DNA of 64,000 bases from Vulcanimicrobiota bacterium (GTDB lineage Bacteria; Vulcanimicrobiota; Vulcanimicrobiia; Vulcanimicrobiales; Vulcanimicrobiaceae). The position numbers and the translations under genes are program-made. The stretch lies in contig CAVTCS010000003.1 of assembly GCA_963733295.1 (NCBI GenBank), positions 2,784,001 through 2,848,000 on the forward strand, read 5' to 3'. Positions 1 through 10,570 of this stretch are shown piece after piece (the stretch's first letter is position 1; each line of letters opens with the position of its first letter). The notes beneath the pieces were generated by a model. It ran no database searches. It was not told the DNA's origin and saw only the letters and a program-made list of their open reading frames with translations.

Positions 1-925
1 CGACACGGCGCGCGTGCGCGTGCCTCGCGACGTTGCGCAACGCTTCGGCGGCAATGCGATAGAGTTCGACTTCGCACGCATGCGGCAAACCCGCGACGTT
101 CTCGACGCGCAGGTCGACCAGAATGCCGGACTCGGAGGTGAAACGGCGCGTCAGCGCGGCGAGCGCGGCAGGCAGCGGTTTGCCGTCGAGCGGATCGGAA
201 CGCAGCGAGAGCACCGACTCGCGGGCGTGATCGAGCGAGACGCGCGCCACGCCGAGCGCGTTCTCGAGCGGCTCGCGCAGCTCGTTCGATTCGCCGCTGG
301 CTCGGCGCAGCGCGCGCTCGAGCTGCAAGGTCAGCGCCGTGAGATCTTGCGCCAGCGTATCGTGGACCTCGCGCGCTAAGCGGGCGCGTTCGTCGGAGCG
401 CGCGAGGGAAGCGGCCGATTCGGCGAGACGGGCGCGCTCGACCGCGATGCCGACCTGCATGCCGATCGCGCCGAGCAGCCGCAATTCGTCGTCCTCGAGC
501 GGACGCCAGTCGGGACGGCTCAGGTTCATGATTCCGAGTTGCCGCTCTCCGAAGCGCAACGCAATGCTGGCGTGCGACTTCATTCCACCGGTCAGCTCGC
601 TGCGGTCTTCGCGCAAGGCTTTGCGCAACCGGCTGCAGTCGATGACCTGCACGTTTTGCGAGACGAAGTCGCCGTCTTCGAACGACTCGATGCACCAGCA
701 CGAACTGCCGGTCATCCGCACCGGCTCTTGCAGATAGGGCGGCAATGCGTGCGATGCGGCCAGGTAAAAGCGCTCGGTGTCGGGATCGAGCAGCCAGACC
801 CAGCCCGCGGCGAGATCGAGCGCTCGGGCGACGATCTCGAGCGTTCGCTCGAGCGCACGCGAGGGCTCCGCCTCCTGTCCGAGCGCGAAGGCGACGGCCT
901 CGAAGAGATCGACGTCGCGGGTCAC
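1..925 (-). CDS. GAF-domain sensor histidine kinase (HisKA_3/NarX-like class), 3' end runs off the window
   Basis: Not in the ORF track; translated by hand from GTG 925, which overlaps the hutF stop (GTGA). GAF region with CWC...C, H-box [16 protein letters not shown]-box [17 protein letters not shown]. Confidence 0.85.
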   Translation of the reverse strand, partial: MTRDVDLFEAVAFALGQEAEPSRALERTLEIVARALDLAAGWVWLLDPDTERFYLAASHALPPYLQEPVRMTGSSCWCIESFEDGDFVSQNVQVIDCSRLRKALREDRSELTGGMKSHASIALRFGERQLGIMNLSRPDWRPLEDDELRLLGAIGMQVGIAVERARLAESAASLARSDERARLAREVHDTLAQDLTALTLQLERALRRASGESNELREPLENALGVARVSLDHARESVLSLRSDPLDGKPLPAALAALTRRFTSESGILVDLRVENVAGLPHACEVELYRIAAEALRNVARHAHARRV

Positions 926-2298
926 GTGCGCCGCAACACCGCGCGCACCGCTCCGGCGCTACGGCTCGCGATCGCTTCATCGTCGGCGTGGCGGCCCTCG
1001 CGGACGACCGCGCGTCCCGCGACGAAAACGTCGCGCACGCGCCAGGCCCCGCTCCGGAAGATCGCGCGGTCGAGGGAAGGCGTCTCGTCCGGCGCTTCGT
1101 CGAGAACGAGAAAATCGGCGCGACGTCCCGGCGCGAGCGAGCCGGCGGGTTGCTCGAGCGACTGCGCGCCGGCGCTCGACGCCGCCCCATACAGAGCCTC
1201 CCCGAGCGCTTGGGCCGGGCTCCGTTCGCTGCTCAGAACGTGACGGCGCTGCAACGCGAGGCGTTGCGAGTATTCGAGCCAGCGCAGTTCTTCGGCGACG
1301 TCGAGCGAAACGTGACTGTCCGATCCGATCGCGATCCGCCCGCCTTCCGACGAGAACGCGGCAGCCGGAAAGATGCCGTCGCCCAGATTCGCCTCGGTCG
1401 TCGGACACGCGACGACCACGGCCTTTGCGCGCGCGGCGAGCGTGAGTTCGCCCGGCGTGGCGTGCGTCGCGTGCACGAGCGACCAGCGGGGGCCGAGCTC
1501 GAATTCGCGTCCGAGGAGTTCGATCGGCGACACGCCGTGTTCGGCTACGCATGCCTCCACCTCACGGCGCTGTTCGCTGATGTGAAGGTGCACCGGCGTG
1601 ACGCGCGGACCGGCGGCGCGCGCGTCGACGTGGGCGAGCACGGCCGCAATGTCTTCGCACTTCACCGCCCGCAGCGAATGCGCGGCGACGCCAAGCCGCA
1701 CATCGCTCGAATCGCGAGTCGCTGCTGCGAGCGAATCCCAGAGCGCGGCGAAGGCCTCGACGCTCAGCAGAAAACGCGCTTGCGACGCCGCGGCCGGCGC
1801 CGCGCCGAAATCGCCATAGCGATACAGCACCGGCAGCAGCGTGAGCGCGATACCGGCTGCGTGCGCGGCGGCGACGACCCGCTCGGACATTTCGCCCGGA
1901 CGCGCGTAGGCGTTGCCGTCCGCGGCGTTGTGCAAATAGTGAAACTCCGCAACGCTGGTGTAGCCCGCCTTCAGCATTTCGACGTACGCGCCGGTCGCGA
2001 TCGCTTCGAACTCATCGGGCTCGACCGCTCGCGTGAAGGCGTACATCGTCTCGCGCCAGCTCCAAAACGAATCGCCGGCGCGACCGGCGCCTTCGGAGCG
2101 GCCGGCCAGGGCGCGCTGCAGGACGTGCGAGTGCGCGTTGGGCATTCCCGCAACAACCGGACCCGCCAAACGCGTCGCAACGCCCTGCGGCGAATCCGGT
2201 TCGACTGCGGATATCGCACCGTCCGCGGCGACGGCGATACGCACGTCGCGCTTCCAGCCCTCGGGCAGCAGCGCCCAAGGAGCCCGATAATCGCTCAC
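922..2298 (-). CDS. hutF: formimidoylglutamate deiminase
   Basis: ALLPEGW N-terminus, [39 protein letters not shown]. Start trimmed to GTG 2298. Confidence 0.9.
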   Translation of the reverse strand: MSDYRAPWALLPEGWKRDVRIAVAADGAISAVEPDSPQGVATRLAGPVVAGMPNAHSHVLQRALAGRSEGAGRAGDSFWSWRETMYAFTRAVEPDEFEAIATGAYVEMLKAGYTSVAEFHYLHNAADGNAYARPGEMSERVVAAAHAAGIALTLLPVLYRYGDFGAAPAAASQARFLLSVEAFAALWDSLAAATRDSSDVRLGVAAHSLRAVKCEDIAAVLAHVDARAAGPRVTPVHLHISEQRREVEACVAEHGVSPIELLGREFELGPRWSLVHATHATPGELTLAARAKAVVVACPTTEANLGDGIFPAAAFSSEGGRIAIGSDSHVSLDVAEELRWLEYSQRLALQRRHVLSSERSPAQALGEALYGAASSAGAQSLEQPAGSLAPGRRADFLVLDEAPDETPSLDRAIFRSGAWRVRDVFVAGRAVVREGRHADDEAIASRSAGAVRAVLRRT

Positions 2299-3507
2299 GT
2301 TTGGACCAACGCTCGCATCGCGACGATGAACTCGAACGTACCGTACGGGCTCGTCGAGGACGGCGCGCTCGCGGTTCGCGGCGACACGATCGTCTGGGTC
2401 GGTCCACGCACGGAACTTCCTCCTGAATTCGCGCCGGCGCGCCTCCACGATGCGGGCGGCCGCTGCATTACCCCGGGACTCATCGACGCCCACACGCACG
2501 TCGTGTACGGCGGCGATCGGGCGCGGGATTTCGAACTGCGCGCGAGCGGCGCCGGCTACGCCGAGATTGCGCGCGCCGGTGGAGGCATCCTATCCACCGT
2601 CCGCGCCACGCGGGCCGCGACCTCCGCCGAACTCGCCGCCGCCGCCGACCGCCGCGTGGCAGCGATGCAGCGTGACGGCACCACGACGCTCGAAGTGAAA
2701 TCGGGCTACGGTCTCGATCGCGAGACGGAAGCGCGCATGCTGCGCGTCGCGCGCGCCTTGCCCGAACGTCATCCGATCCGGATTCGTACGGCGTATCTCG
2801 GCTTGCACGCGCTTCCGCCCGAGTGGAGCGACGCGGACGCGTACGTAGCGTTCGTCTGCGGCGAAGTCTTGCCGGCCCTTACGGCCGAAGGTCTGGTCGA
2901 TGCGGTCGACGCCTTTTGCGAGACGATCGCTTTCTCGCCGGCGCAGGTCGCGCGCTTTTTCGAAGCGGCGGCGGCGCTCGGTTTGCCGGTCAAGTTACAC
3001 GCCGACCAACTGACGCCGGGCGGCGGCGCCGCGCTCGCCGCGCGCTTTCGCGCGCTTTCCGCCGACCATCTGGAGCACGTGCTGGACGGCGATCTTCCCG
3101 CGCTGGCCGAAGCGGGCACCGTCGCCCTGCTGTTGCCGGGAGCCGCGTACTTCTTGCGCGAGACGAAGCTTCCGCCGCTCGCACGCCTGCGCGAGCTCGA
3201 AATTCCGATCGCGCTTGCGACCGACTGCAATCCCGGAACCTCCCCGCTCGTCTCGCCGCTGCTCGCGATGAACCTCGCGTGCACGCTATTTCGAATGACG
3301 CCCGAAGAAGCGTTGCGCGGCTTCACGGTCCACGCCGCGCAAGCGCTGGGTCTGGGGGATTCGATAGGGAGACTCGCGCCGGGACGAAAAGCAGATTTCG
3401 TCCTCTGGGACGTCGAGCAGCCGGGACAGCTCGCATATCCGATCGGTGCGAACCCGGGTTGCCGCGTCGTCGTCGCGGGCGAGACGGTGAAAGGAGCTTC
3501 GGACTAA
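2290..3507 (+). CDS. hutI: imidazolonepropionase
   Basis: [37 protein letters not shown]. Start uncertain: first nearby ATG is 2326, but HutI-like WTNARIATM lies upstream and AAGGAG precedes ATA 2287/ATC 2290. Confidence 0.9.
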   Translation: MAHVWTNARIATMNSNVPYGLVEDGALAVRGDTIVWVGPRTELPPEFAPARLHDAGGRCITPGLIDAHTHVVYGGDRARDFELRASGAGYAEIARAGGGILSTVRATRAATSAELAAAADRRVAAMQRDGTTTLEVKSGYGLDRETEARMLRVARALPERHPIRIRTAYLGLHALPPEWSDADAYVAFVCGEVLPALTAEGLVDAVDAFCETIAFSPAQVARFFEAAAALGLPVKLHADQLTPGGGAALAARFRALSADHLEHVLDGDLPALAEAGTVALLLPGAAYFLRETKLPPLARLRELEIPIALATDCNPGTSPLVSPLLAMNLACTLFRMTPEEALRGFTVHAAQALGLGDSIGRLAPGRKADFVLWDVEQPGQLAYPIGANPGCRVVVAGETVKGASD

Positions 3508-3509
3508 CG

Positions 3510-5171
3510 ATGGCGGTTGCGACGCATCGCACGATCCGCGCGCCGCGCGGCACGACGCTCTCGGCGAAGAGCTGGCTCACCGAAGCGCCGTTGCGCATGC
3601 TGATGAACAACCTCGACCCGGAGGTTGCCGAGCGGCCGGACGACCTGGTCGTGTACGGCGGCAACGGCAAAGCCGCGCGCAACTGGGAGTGTTTCGAGCG
3701 GATCGTCGCGGTGCTGCGGCGTCTCGAAAGCGACCAGACGCTCCTCGTGCAATCCGGAAAACCCGTCGGCGTTTTCCGCACGCATCCCGACGCACCGAGA
3801 GTTCTGATCGCCAATTCGAACCTCGTGCCGCATTGGGCTACGTGGGAGCACTTCAACGAACTCGATCGCAAAGGTCTGATGATGTACGGGCAGATGACGG
3901 CCGGCTCGTGGATTTACATCGGCTCGCAAGGCATCGTGCAGGGCACGTTCGAGACGTTTGCCGAGATGGGTCGCCGCCATTACGGCGGTTCGCTCGCCGG
4001 CAAGTGGATCTTGACGGCGGGGCTCGGCGGAATGGGCGGTGCGCAGCCGCTCGCGGCGACGATGGCCGGCGCGTCGCTGCTCGCAATCGAATGCGATCCC
4101 GCGCGCATCGCGCGGCGCATCGAGACCCGTTACCTCGACCGTCGCGCGGAGACGCTCGACGAGGCTCTCGCACTCGTCCGCGAGTCGTGCGCGAAAGGCG
4201 AAGCCCTCTCCGTCGGGCTCGCCGGCAACGCCGCGGAGATCTTCCCCGAGCTCGTGCGTCGCGGCGTGCGTCCCGATATCGTCACCGATCAAACGAGCGC
4301 TCACGATCCGCTGAACGGCTATCTTCCCGCGGGCTGGTCGCTCGAGAAAGCCGCCGCGGAGCGTTCGCGCGATCCGGCCGGCGTCGTGCGCGCGGCGAAG
4401 GCTTCGATGGCCGCCCACGTCCGGGCGATGCTCGCCTTTCACGCGGCCGGCGTACCGACGGTCGACTACGGCAACAATCTGCGCCAAATGGCGTTCGACG
4501 AAGGCGTCAGCGATGCGTTCGCCTTTCCGGGCTTCGTGCCCGCGTACATCCGGCCGCTCTTCTGCCGCGGAATCGGTCCGTTTCGTTGGGTCGCGCTTTC
4601 CGGCGACCCGGCCGACATCGCCAAGACCGACGCCGCGCTCAAAGCGCTGCGTCCGCACGACGCACAGTTACACCGTTGGCTCGATATGGCGGCCGAGCGG
4701 ATCGCGTTCCAAGGTTTGCCCGCGCGCATCTGCTGGCTCGGGCTCGGCGATCGCGCGCGCGCGGGGCTCGCTTTCAACGCGATGGTCGCAAGCGGCGAAC
4801 TCGCTGCACCGATCGTGATCGGACGCGATCACCTCGACTCGGGTTCGGTCGCCAGCCCGAACCGTGAAACCGAAGCGATGGCCGACGGCTCGGACGCCGT
4901 TTCGGATTGGCCGCTGCTCAACGCGCTCCTCAATACGGCGAGCGGCGCGACCTGGGTGAGCCTGCATCACGGCGGCGGCGTCGGCATGGGCTACTCGCAG
5001 CACGCCGGCGTGGTCGTCGTCTGCGATGGAAGTGACGACGCGGCGCGGCGCATCGAGCGCGTCCTCACGAACGACCCGGCGACCGGCGTCATGCGCCATG
5101 CGGACGCGGGCTACGCCGCGGCGCTCGAGTGCGCGCTCGAAAACGGCCTCGATCTGCCGATGCTGCAGTAG
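3510..5171 (+). CDS. hutU: urocanate hydratase
   Basis: [55 protein letters not shown]. Confidence 0.97.
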   Translation: MAVATHRTIRAPRGTTLSAKSWLTEAPLRMLMNNLDPEVAERPDDLVVYGGNGKAARNWECFERIVAVLRRLESDQTLLVQSGKPVGVFRTHPDAPRVLIANSNLVPHWATWEHFNELDRKGLMMYGQMTAGSWIYIGSQGIVQGTFETFAEMGRRHYGGSLAGKWILTAGLGGMGGAQPLAATMAGASLLAIECDPARIARRIETRYLDRRAETLDEALALVRESCAKGEALSVGLAGNAAEIFPELVRRGVRPDIVTDQTSAHDPLNGYLPAGWSLEKAAAERSRDPAGVVRAAKASMAAHVRAMLAFHAAGVPTVDYGNNLRQMAFDEGVSDAFAFPGFVPAYIRPLFCRGIGPFRWVALSGDPADIAKTDAALKALRPHDAQLHRWLDMAAERIAFQGLPARICWLGLGDRARAGLAFNAMVASGELAAPIVIGRDHLDSGSVASPNRETEAMADGSDAVSDWPLLNALLNTASGATWVSLHHGGGVGMGYSQHAGVVVVCDGSDDAARRIERVLTNDPATGVMRHADAGYAAALECALENGLDLPMLQ

Positions 5172-5173
5172 CG

Positions 5174-5202
5174 TTGTTTCGTTAGCTCTTTTGTGCGATA
5201 CT
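5174..5202 (+). promoter_or_regulatory. putative sigma70-type promoter for the cupin gene
   Basis: TTGTTT-17 bp-GATACT with a TG extended -10 motif. Confidence 0.35.
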
Positions 5203-5248
5203 GACCAGTGGAGATCCGATCGAACTTCTGATGAGAAAGGTGGCTTCC

Positions 5249-5692
5249 ATGAAATCTCTACTCGCGCTTTTTGCAGCAGGTCTCATTCTCGTTTTGGGCG
5301 CGCCGAGTGCCACGGCGGCCGGTGCACCGACGATCGTGATGGCCGACCAAGCGAAGTACGGCCCGGCTCCCAAACCCTATCCGGCCGAGGCGATGATGGC
5401 CGTCTTATCGGGAGATCCCTCCCAAGCGGGTTCTCAGTACACGGTGCGCCTGAAGCTGCCGGACGGCGTCAAGATCGCTCCCCACACGCACGGCGACATG
5501 GAGAACGTCACCGTCCTTAGCGGAACGCTGCTCGTCGGCGTCGGCTCGACCTTCGACGCGACGAAGATGCTGGCGCTGACTGCCGGCTCGTACGCCTCCA
5601 TCCCGGCCGGAACGCCGCATTACGCAATGGCGAAGGGCGAAACGGTGCTTCAGGTCAACGGCGTCGGTCCCGGCTCGATGACGCTGCTTTAG
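5249..5692 (+). CDS. secreted cupin-domain protein (DUF4437-like)
   Basis: Signal peptide; cupin motifs PHTHGDMENVTVLSG and GSYASIPAGTPHYA; GAAAGG SD before ATG 5249. Confidence 0.8.
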   Translation: MKSLLALFAAGLILVLGAPSATAAGAPTIVMADQAKYGPAPKPYPAEAMMAVLSGDPSQAGSQYTVRLKLPDGVKIAPHTHGDMENVTVLSGTLLVGVGSTFDATKMLALTAGSYASIPAGTPHYAMAKGETVLQVNGVGPGSMTLL

Positions 5693-5703
5693 CGTCCGAA
5701 GTT

Positions 5704-6339
5704 CTAGCGAACGCCCCAGTAGGCGAGCGCGCTCGAGTCGGTGCCGGCTGCCGCCGCTACCGCTTTGGGCGCGTGCGCTTCGATGCGGTGACGCAGCGCG
5801 TGCCACGTCCCCATCACCTTGACGACGTAGCGCTGCGTCTCATAGATCGGCGGAACGCCGCCGTACACGCGTACGGTTTCGGGACCGGCGTTGTATCCGG
5901 CGAGTGCGTCGCGAATCGGATCGCGTGAAGAATGAAACACGCGCATGAGCTGATGCAAGTAGCGCGTCGTACCGTTGAGGTTCCCGTGGACTTGATGCGG
6001 ATCGACTCCCAAACCGCGCGCCGTCTCCGGCTTGAGCTGCCCGAGACCTTGCGCGCCGCTGTACGAAACCGCGTGCGTGTTCCAGCTCGACTCGACCGCG
6101 ACGAGCGCCATCACGAGGCTCGGATCGAGGCGCCATTTGCGCGAGCTCGTCAGGAGCGCTTGGGCGTAGATCAGGCTCTGCGCGACCGCGAGATGCGGAT
6201 TGATCGAGCGCAGCGTCGCTGCGAACACCGAGAGCGGCACCGCGCCTAGCGGGACCGTGTCGGCCCGGCATGGCGTCGCGCTAATCAGCACGAGACCTAA
6301 CGCGAAGATGGACCGAGCGTAAAGAATGCCGCGGAACAT
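5704..6339 (-). CDS. lytic transglycosylase (SLT domain), secreted
   Basis: VESSWNTHAVS (catalytic Glu), GAQGLGQL, ALAGYNAG, ETQRYV; signal peptide from ATG 6339. Confidence 0.88.
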   Translation of the reverse strand: MFRGILYARSIFALGLVLISATPCRADTVPLGAVPLSVFAATLRSINPHLAVAQSLIYAQALLTSSRKWRLDPSLVMALVAVESSWNTHAVSYSGAQGLGQLKPETARGLGVDPHQVHGNLNGTTRYLHQLMRVFHSSRDPIRDALAGYNAGPETVRVYGGVPPIYETQRYVVKVMGTWHALRHRIEAHAPKAVAAAAGTDSSALAYWGVR

Positions 6340-6437
6340 TGTGGGCTGCTTCTGGCGCAAGGGGCTCGGCCCTCCCATAGCGAGCGAGCGTGCGCTGCAT
6401 CCCGCTCTCGCGTGCCGCTCTCCCGGCGAGGTGTGAC

Positions 6438-7973
6438 TCAGCGCGCCTTTTCGGCCGCTTCGTTGAGGCTCGCGGAACGCAGGAGCTCGCGCGCGGCGAC
6501 GATATCGGGCGACTGCACGCGGTCGCCGTCGAGCGGCGCAATCCGTTCGCGCGCCAGCGCGTAGGCGGCTCCCGTGCCGGCACCCGAGCGCAAGGGCCTT
6601 CGGAAATCCGTGGCCGCCAGCGCGCAGAGCAGCTCGCAAGCCAGCGCGCCCTCGACGTTGTCGAGGATCCGGTCGAGCGTACGGGCCGCGATCGTGCCCA
6701 TGCTGACGTGATCCTCTTGGCCGGCCGAAGTCGGAATCGAGTCGACGCAAGACGGCATCGCGAGCGCTTTACTTTCGCTGACCAGCGCCGCCGCCGTATA
6801 CTGCGCGATCATTAGCCCGGACTCGAGCCCCGGCCGGCGCGATAAGAAGAGCGGCAACCCGCGGTCTTCGCCGTTCAACAGGAGAAACGAGCGCCGCTCG
6901 CTCATGCTCGCGACCTCGACCATCACGGCCTTGAGAAAATCGCACGCGACCCCGACCGGCTGGCCGTGAAAATTTCCACCCGTCAAGAACTCGTCTTCGT
7001 CCGGGAAGATCAAGGGATTGTCGGTAACCGAGATCGCCTCGATCTCGAGCACGCGGCGCGCATGACCGGCCGCGTCGCGCGCCGCCCCGTGCACGACCGG
7101 AATGCAGCGGAACGAGTACGGATCCTGAACGCGACCGCAATCGCGGTGCGACGACATGATCTCCGAATCGGCCAAGAACTCGCGCAAACGATCGGCCACC
7201 AGCGCCTGCCCCGGATGTGGCCGCAGGGCGTTGATGCGCCGGTCGAAGGCGGCGTCGGTTCCCAAGAACGCCTCGAGCGAGAGCGCCCCTACGACGTCGG
7301 CCACCGCGAGCAATCGCTCCGCTCGCAACAACGACAACGCCCCGATGCCGGTCATGACTTCGGTCCCGTTGATCAGCGACAGGCCTTCCTTCGGCGCCAA
7401 CTCGAGCGGCACGAGGCCCGCGCGGCGCAGCGCCTCCGCACTCGAAATCAACTCGCCGTCGAAGTATGCCTCGCCTTCGCCCATCAACGTCAGCGTCATG
7501 TGCGCGAGCGGCGCGAGATCGCCGCTCGCGCCCACCGATCCCTGCGCGGGCACGTACGGCGTCACGCCGCGATTGAGGATTTCGACAAGCATGTCGAGCG
7601 TCTCGAGCCGGATCCCGGAGTGCCCCGCCGCGAGCGAACTCACCCGCAACACGCCGGCCGCTCTCACGAACTCTGCGCGCAACGGCTCTCCCGTGCCGGC
7701 CGAATGACTTCGCACCAAATTCTTCTGGAGTTGCGCCGCATGCTGCCGGTCGATGACGACGTTCGCCATGCGCCCGAAACCGGTGGTCACGCCGTAGATA
7801 ATCGCTCCCGCTGCGAACTGCCGGTCGACGCATTCGCGTGCCGCGGCGACGCGCCGTCGCGCTTCGTCCGAAACCGAAACGCGCGCGCCCTGCAGCGCGA
7901 TCGCTTCGATCGTCTCGAGCGCGAGCGAGCGTCCATCCAACTCGACGCTGGAGATCGCCGGCGCGGCGCTCAA
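6438..7973 (-). CDS. hutH: histidine ammonia-lyase
   Basis: YGVTTGFG, MIO-forming GSVGASGDLAPL, QDPYSFRC, GGNFHGQP, QEDHVSMG. TTG start overlaps the recR stop. Confidence 0.95.
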   Translation of the reverse strand: MSAAPAISSVELDGRSLALETIEAIALQGARVSVSDEARRRVAAARECVDRQFAAGAIIYGVTTGFGRMANVVIDRQHAAQLQKNLVRSHSAGTGEPLRAEFVRAAGVLRVSSLAAGHSGIRLETLDMLVEILNRGVTPYVPAQGSVGASGDLAPLAHMTLTLMGEGEAYFDGELISSAEALRRAGLVPLELAPKEGLSLINGTEVMTGIGALSLLRAERLLAVADVVGALSLEAFLGTDAAFDRRINALRPHPGQALVADRLREFLADSEIMSSHRDCGRVQDPYSFRCIPVVHGAARDAAGHARRVLEIEAISVTDNPLIFPDEDEFLTGGNFHGQPVGVACDFLKAVMVEVASMSERRSFLLLNGEDRGLPLFLSRRPGLESGLMIAQYTAAALVSESKALAMPSCVDSIPTSAGQEDHVSMGTIAARTLDRILDNVEGALACELLCALAATDFRRPLRSGAGTGAAYALARERIAPLDGDRVQSPDIVAARELLRSASLNEAAEKAR

Positions 7974-8569
7974 AGGGAACGCCGTCCCTCGAAGGCTTTG
8001 GCCAGCGTCACTTCATCCGCGTAGTCGAGATCGCCGCCGATCGGCAGGCCGTACGCGAGGCGCGTGACGGAAACGCCGCTCGGCTCGATGAGCCGGGAAA
8101 GGTACAGTGCCGTAGCTTCTCCTTCGGCGTTCGGATTGGTGGCAATGACCACCTCCGACGGTCTCTCGCTGCCGATACGTTCGAGCAACTCCTTGACGCG
8201 GAGTTGCTGCGGCCCGATCCCGTCCATCGGCGAAATGAGCCCGCCGAGCACGTGATAGCGTCCGCGAAACGCGCCGGTGCGCTCGATCGCGAAGATGTCC
8301 TTGGCCTCGGCCACGACGCAGAGCTGCGGCGCGTCGCGCCGCACGTCGGTGCAGATGTTGCACGGATCGTCCTCGGTGAGCGAAAAACAGCGCGAGCACA
8401 GCCGGACGCGGTCCTTGACGGCGAGGATTGCTTCGGCCAAGGACTGAGCTTCGGCGCGCGGCCGGTTGAGCAGGTAGAAAACGAGCCGGGCCGCGGTCTT
8501 GGGCCCGACGGTCGGCAGTTTCGAAAACTCGTTGATCAGGCTTTGGACGGGTCCCGCGATCGCGTTCAG
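7970..8569 (-). CDS. recR: recombination mediator RecR
   Basis: HhH KLPTVGPKTAARL, C4 zinc finger, Toprim (YHVLGGLISP, ATNPNAEGEATA). The frame is open only to a CTG at 8569, with an in-frame stop 5 codons further up. Confidence 0.95.
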   Translation of the reverse strand: MNAIAGPVQSLINEFSKLPTVGPKTAARLVFYLLNRPRAEAQSLAEAILAVKDRVRLCSRCFSLTEDDPCNICTDVRRDAPQLCVVAEAKDIFAIERTGAFRGRYHVLGGLISPMDGIGPQQLRVKELLERIGSERPSEVVIATNPNAEGEATALYLSRLIEPSGVSVTRLAYGLPIGGDLDYADEVTLAKAFEGRRSL

Positions 8570-8579
8570 TGCGGCGCCC

Positions 8580-8888
8580 TTACATCAGGCCGGGGATGCG
8601 AATGCCGCCGGTGAGCGCGCTCATGCGCGCGTTCGACGTCTCCTGCGCTTTGTGCACCGCGTCGTTGACGGCGACGACGAGCAGGTCCTCGAGCGTCTCG
8701 ACGTCTTCGGGATCGACCGCTTCTTTCGAGAGCGTCACCTTCTGCACGCGATAGTCGCAGGTCATCGCGACCGAAACCGCGTCGCCGGCCGCACTGCCGG
8801 TGACGACGGTCGCGGCCAGCTCTTCTTGCGCTTTGGCCATCTCTTGCTGGACCTTACGCATTTGGGCCAGCATCTGCGACTGATTCAT
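8580..8888 (-). CDS. ybaB: YbaB/EbfC nucleoid-associated protein
   Basis: QQEMAKAQEEL, EDVETLEDLLVVAVNDA; dnaX-ybaB-recR synteny. Confidence 0.93.
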   Translation of the reverse strand: MNQSQMLAQMRKVQQEMAKAQEELAATVVTGSAAGDAVSVAMTCDYRVQKVTLSKEAVDPEDVETLEDLLVVAVNDAVHKAQETSNARMSALTGGIRIPGLM

Positions 8889-10570
8889 TCGGGTGCGGGT
8901 CCTCCAAGTTTGCTGCGAGCGTAGGCCAGCAGGTCCGCTTCGCCGCCCGAGTCGTCCGCGCTTTGTGCGGAGTTCCCCTCGGCCGGCGTCGAGCGGTGCG
9001 CGCTGCGAACCGGGCCGCGTTCGCCGGGAACGGCGGTCCGCAGCGCGACGCGCAGCGGCGTGCCCAGCACGTCGGCCAGCGCCGCCTCCAGCACGCCGAG
9101 CCGCGTACGGACGATGTCCTCGGCAAGCGAGTCAACGAGCCCGATCACGACCCGGTCGCCCTCCAGGGCCTCGACCGTCGCGCGCGAGAGTGGCCCTTTG
9201 ATCGGCTTGTACTGTTCCTCCGCGCGGAGCCGGATCTGGTCCCAGAGGGAGCGGACGCGCACGAGCGAGACGCTTCCGGCCGGTGCTCGCTCCCGCGGGG
9301 GTGGAGGCGGCGCTGCGGCTTGGGCCTTCGGGGTGGCCGGCGCTTTGGGCGCCGGCAGCGGCTTTTCCGCCGAGGACGCGGCCGCCGCGCGCGGCAGACT
9401 CTCGGGCATGGCCGCCGGACGCGGCAGGCTCTCGGGCGCGCCCTGTTCGAGCAGTGCGACGCGCGTTGCGATCGCATCGAGCGACGGGTCTTCGGCCGCG
9501 AGCGCAAAGCGGAGCACCGCCGTCTCGAGTTCGAGGCGAGGGTTGCCCGAGCTGCGCCCGGCGGCGAGCGCGTCGGCGAGCAGGCGAAGCCCGCGCACGA
9601 CCTTGGGTTGCGGCGTCGCGGCGGCCAGTACGACGACGCGTTCGGCATCCGCCTGGGCCAAGTCTCGCGAGAGCAAACCCGGGTCGATTCGGGCCACCAG
9701 CAGGTTGCGGAATTCACCGATCGTACCGCGGATCAATCCCAGCATGTCGGCGCCCGCGTCGCTCGCGTCGTCGACGATGCGCAGCCCGCGCGCCGCCTCA
9801 CCGCCGAGCAACGCCTCCGTCAAATCGCGCGCGAAGGCACGGCCGGTCGTCCCGAACGCAGCGTCGACGGTCGCCGCACCGACCGGACCGCCGGCGTAGG
9901 CCGCGACTTGCTCCAGCATCGTCAGGGCATCGCGCAACCCGCCGTCGGCGCGATAGGCGATCGCACCGAGCGCGTCGTCGTCGATCGGAATGTTTTCGGC
10001 GGAAGCGATCGCGCGCATCCGCTCGATCATCGTGGTAACCGGGATGCGCCGGAAAGCGTAGCGCTGACAGCGCGACAGTATCGTCGGCGGCAGCGCTTCG
10101 GGCGCCGTCGTGGCGAGGATGAAGACGACGTGGGGCGGCGGCTCTTCGAGCGTTCGCAGAAAAGCGTTCGCGCCTTCACGCGTGAGCATATGCGCTTCAT
10201 CGATGATGAAGACTTTGAAGCGCATCGACGCCGGCGCGAACTTTACGGCCTCGCGCAACGCGCGAATCTCTTCGATCCCGCGGTTGGAAGCCGCGTCGAT
10301 CTCGACGACGTCGAGGGCGGTTCCCGCCAGGATCGCCAGACAATTCTCGCAGGTGTTATCGGGGTCGGGCGTCGGCCCGTGGACGCAGTCGATACAGCGA
10401 GCCATGATCTTGGCGGCCGAGGTCTTGCCGCTACCGCGCGGGCCCGAAAAGAGGTAGGCGTGCGCCAAGCGCCCCGAACCGAGAGCGCTGCGCAGGGTTC
10501 TGACGACCGCCTCCTGCCCGACCAGCTCGTCGAACGACTTCGGGCGCCAGGTTCGATACAGAGACGACAC
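8885..10570 (-). CDS. dnaX: DNA polymerase III subunit gamma/tau
   Basis: LYRTWRPKSFDELVGQ, GPRGSGKT, EIDAASNRG, IIDEAHML, SRC motif. Start trimmed to GTG 10570. Confidence 0.95.
   Translation of the reverse strand: MSSLYRTWRPKSFDELVGQEAVVRTLRSALGSGRLAHAYLFSGPRGSGKTSAAKIMARCIDCVHGPTPDPDNTCENCLAILAGTALDVVEIDAASNRGIEEIRALREAVKFAPASMRFKVFIIDEAHMLTREGANAFLRTLEEPPPHVVFILATTAPEALPPTILSRCQRYAFRRIPVTTMIERMRAIASAENIPIDDDALGAIAYRADGGLRDALTMLEQVAAYAGGPVGAATVDAAFGTTGRAFARDLTEALLGGEAARGLRIVDDASDAGADMLGLIRGTIGEFRNLLVARIDPGLLSRDLAQADAERVVVLAAATPQPKVVRGLRLLADALAAGRSSGNPRLELETAVLRFALAAEDPSLDAIATRVALLEQGAPESLPRPAAMPESLPRAAAASSAEKPLPAPKAPATPKAQAAAPPPPPRERAPAGSVSLVRVRSLWDQIRLRAEEQYKPIKGPLSRATVEALEGDRVVIGLVDSLAEDIVRTRLGVLEAALADVLGTPLRVALRTAVPGERGPVRSAHRSTPAEGNSAQSADDSGGEADLLAYARSKLGGPAPE

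Noticed and set aside
6340..6437. Riboswitch (c-di-AMP type) upstream of the lytic transglycosylase
   Set aside because: Only one imperfect hairpin; the ydaO consensus blocks are absent.
8441..8569. Possible frameshift or pseudogene in recR, since the ORF track starts at 8440
   Set aside because: Manual translation shows a continuous frame to CTG 8569; only the start codon is atypical.
9388..9440. Tandem repeat in dnaX (PESLPR twice) and a possible gamma/tau frameshift signal
   Set aside because: A short duplication in a Pro/Ala linker; no A-AAA-AAG or poly-A slippery site seen.
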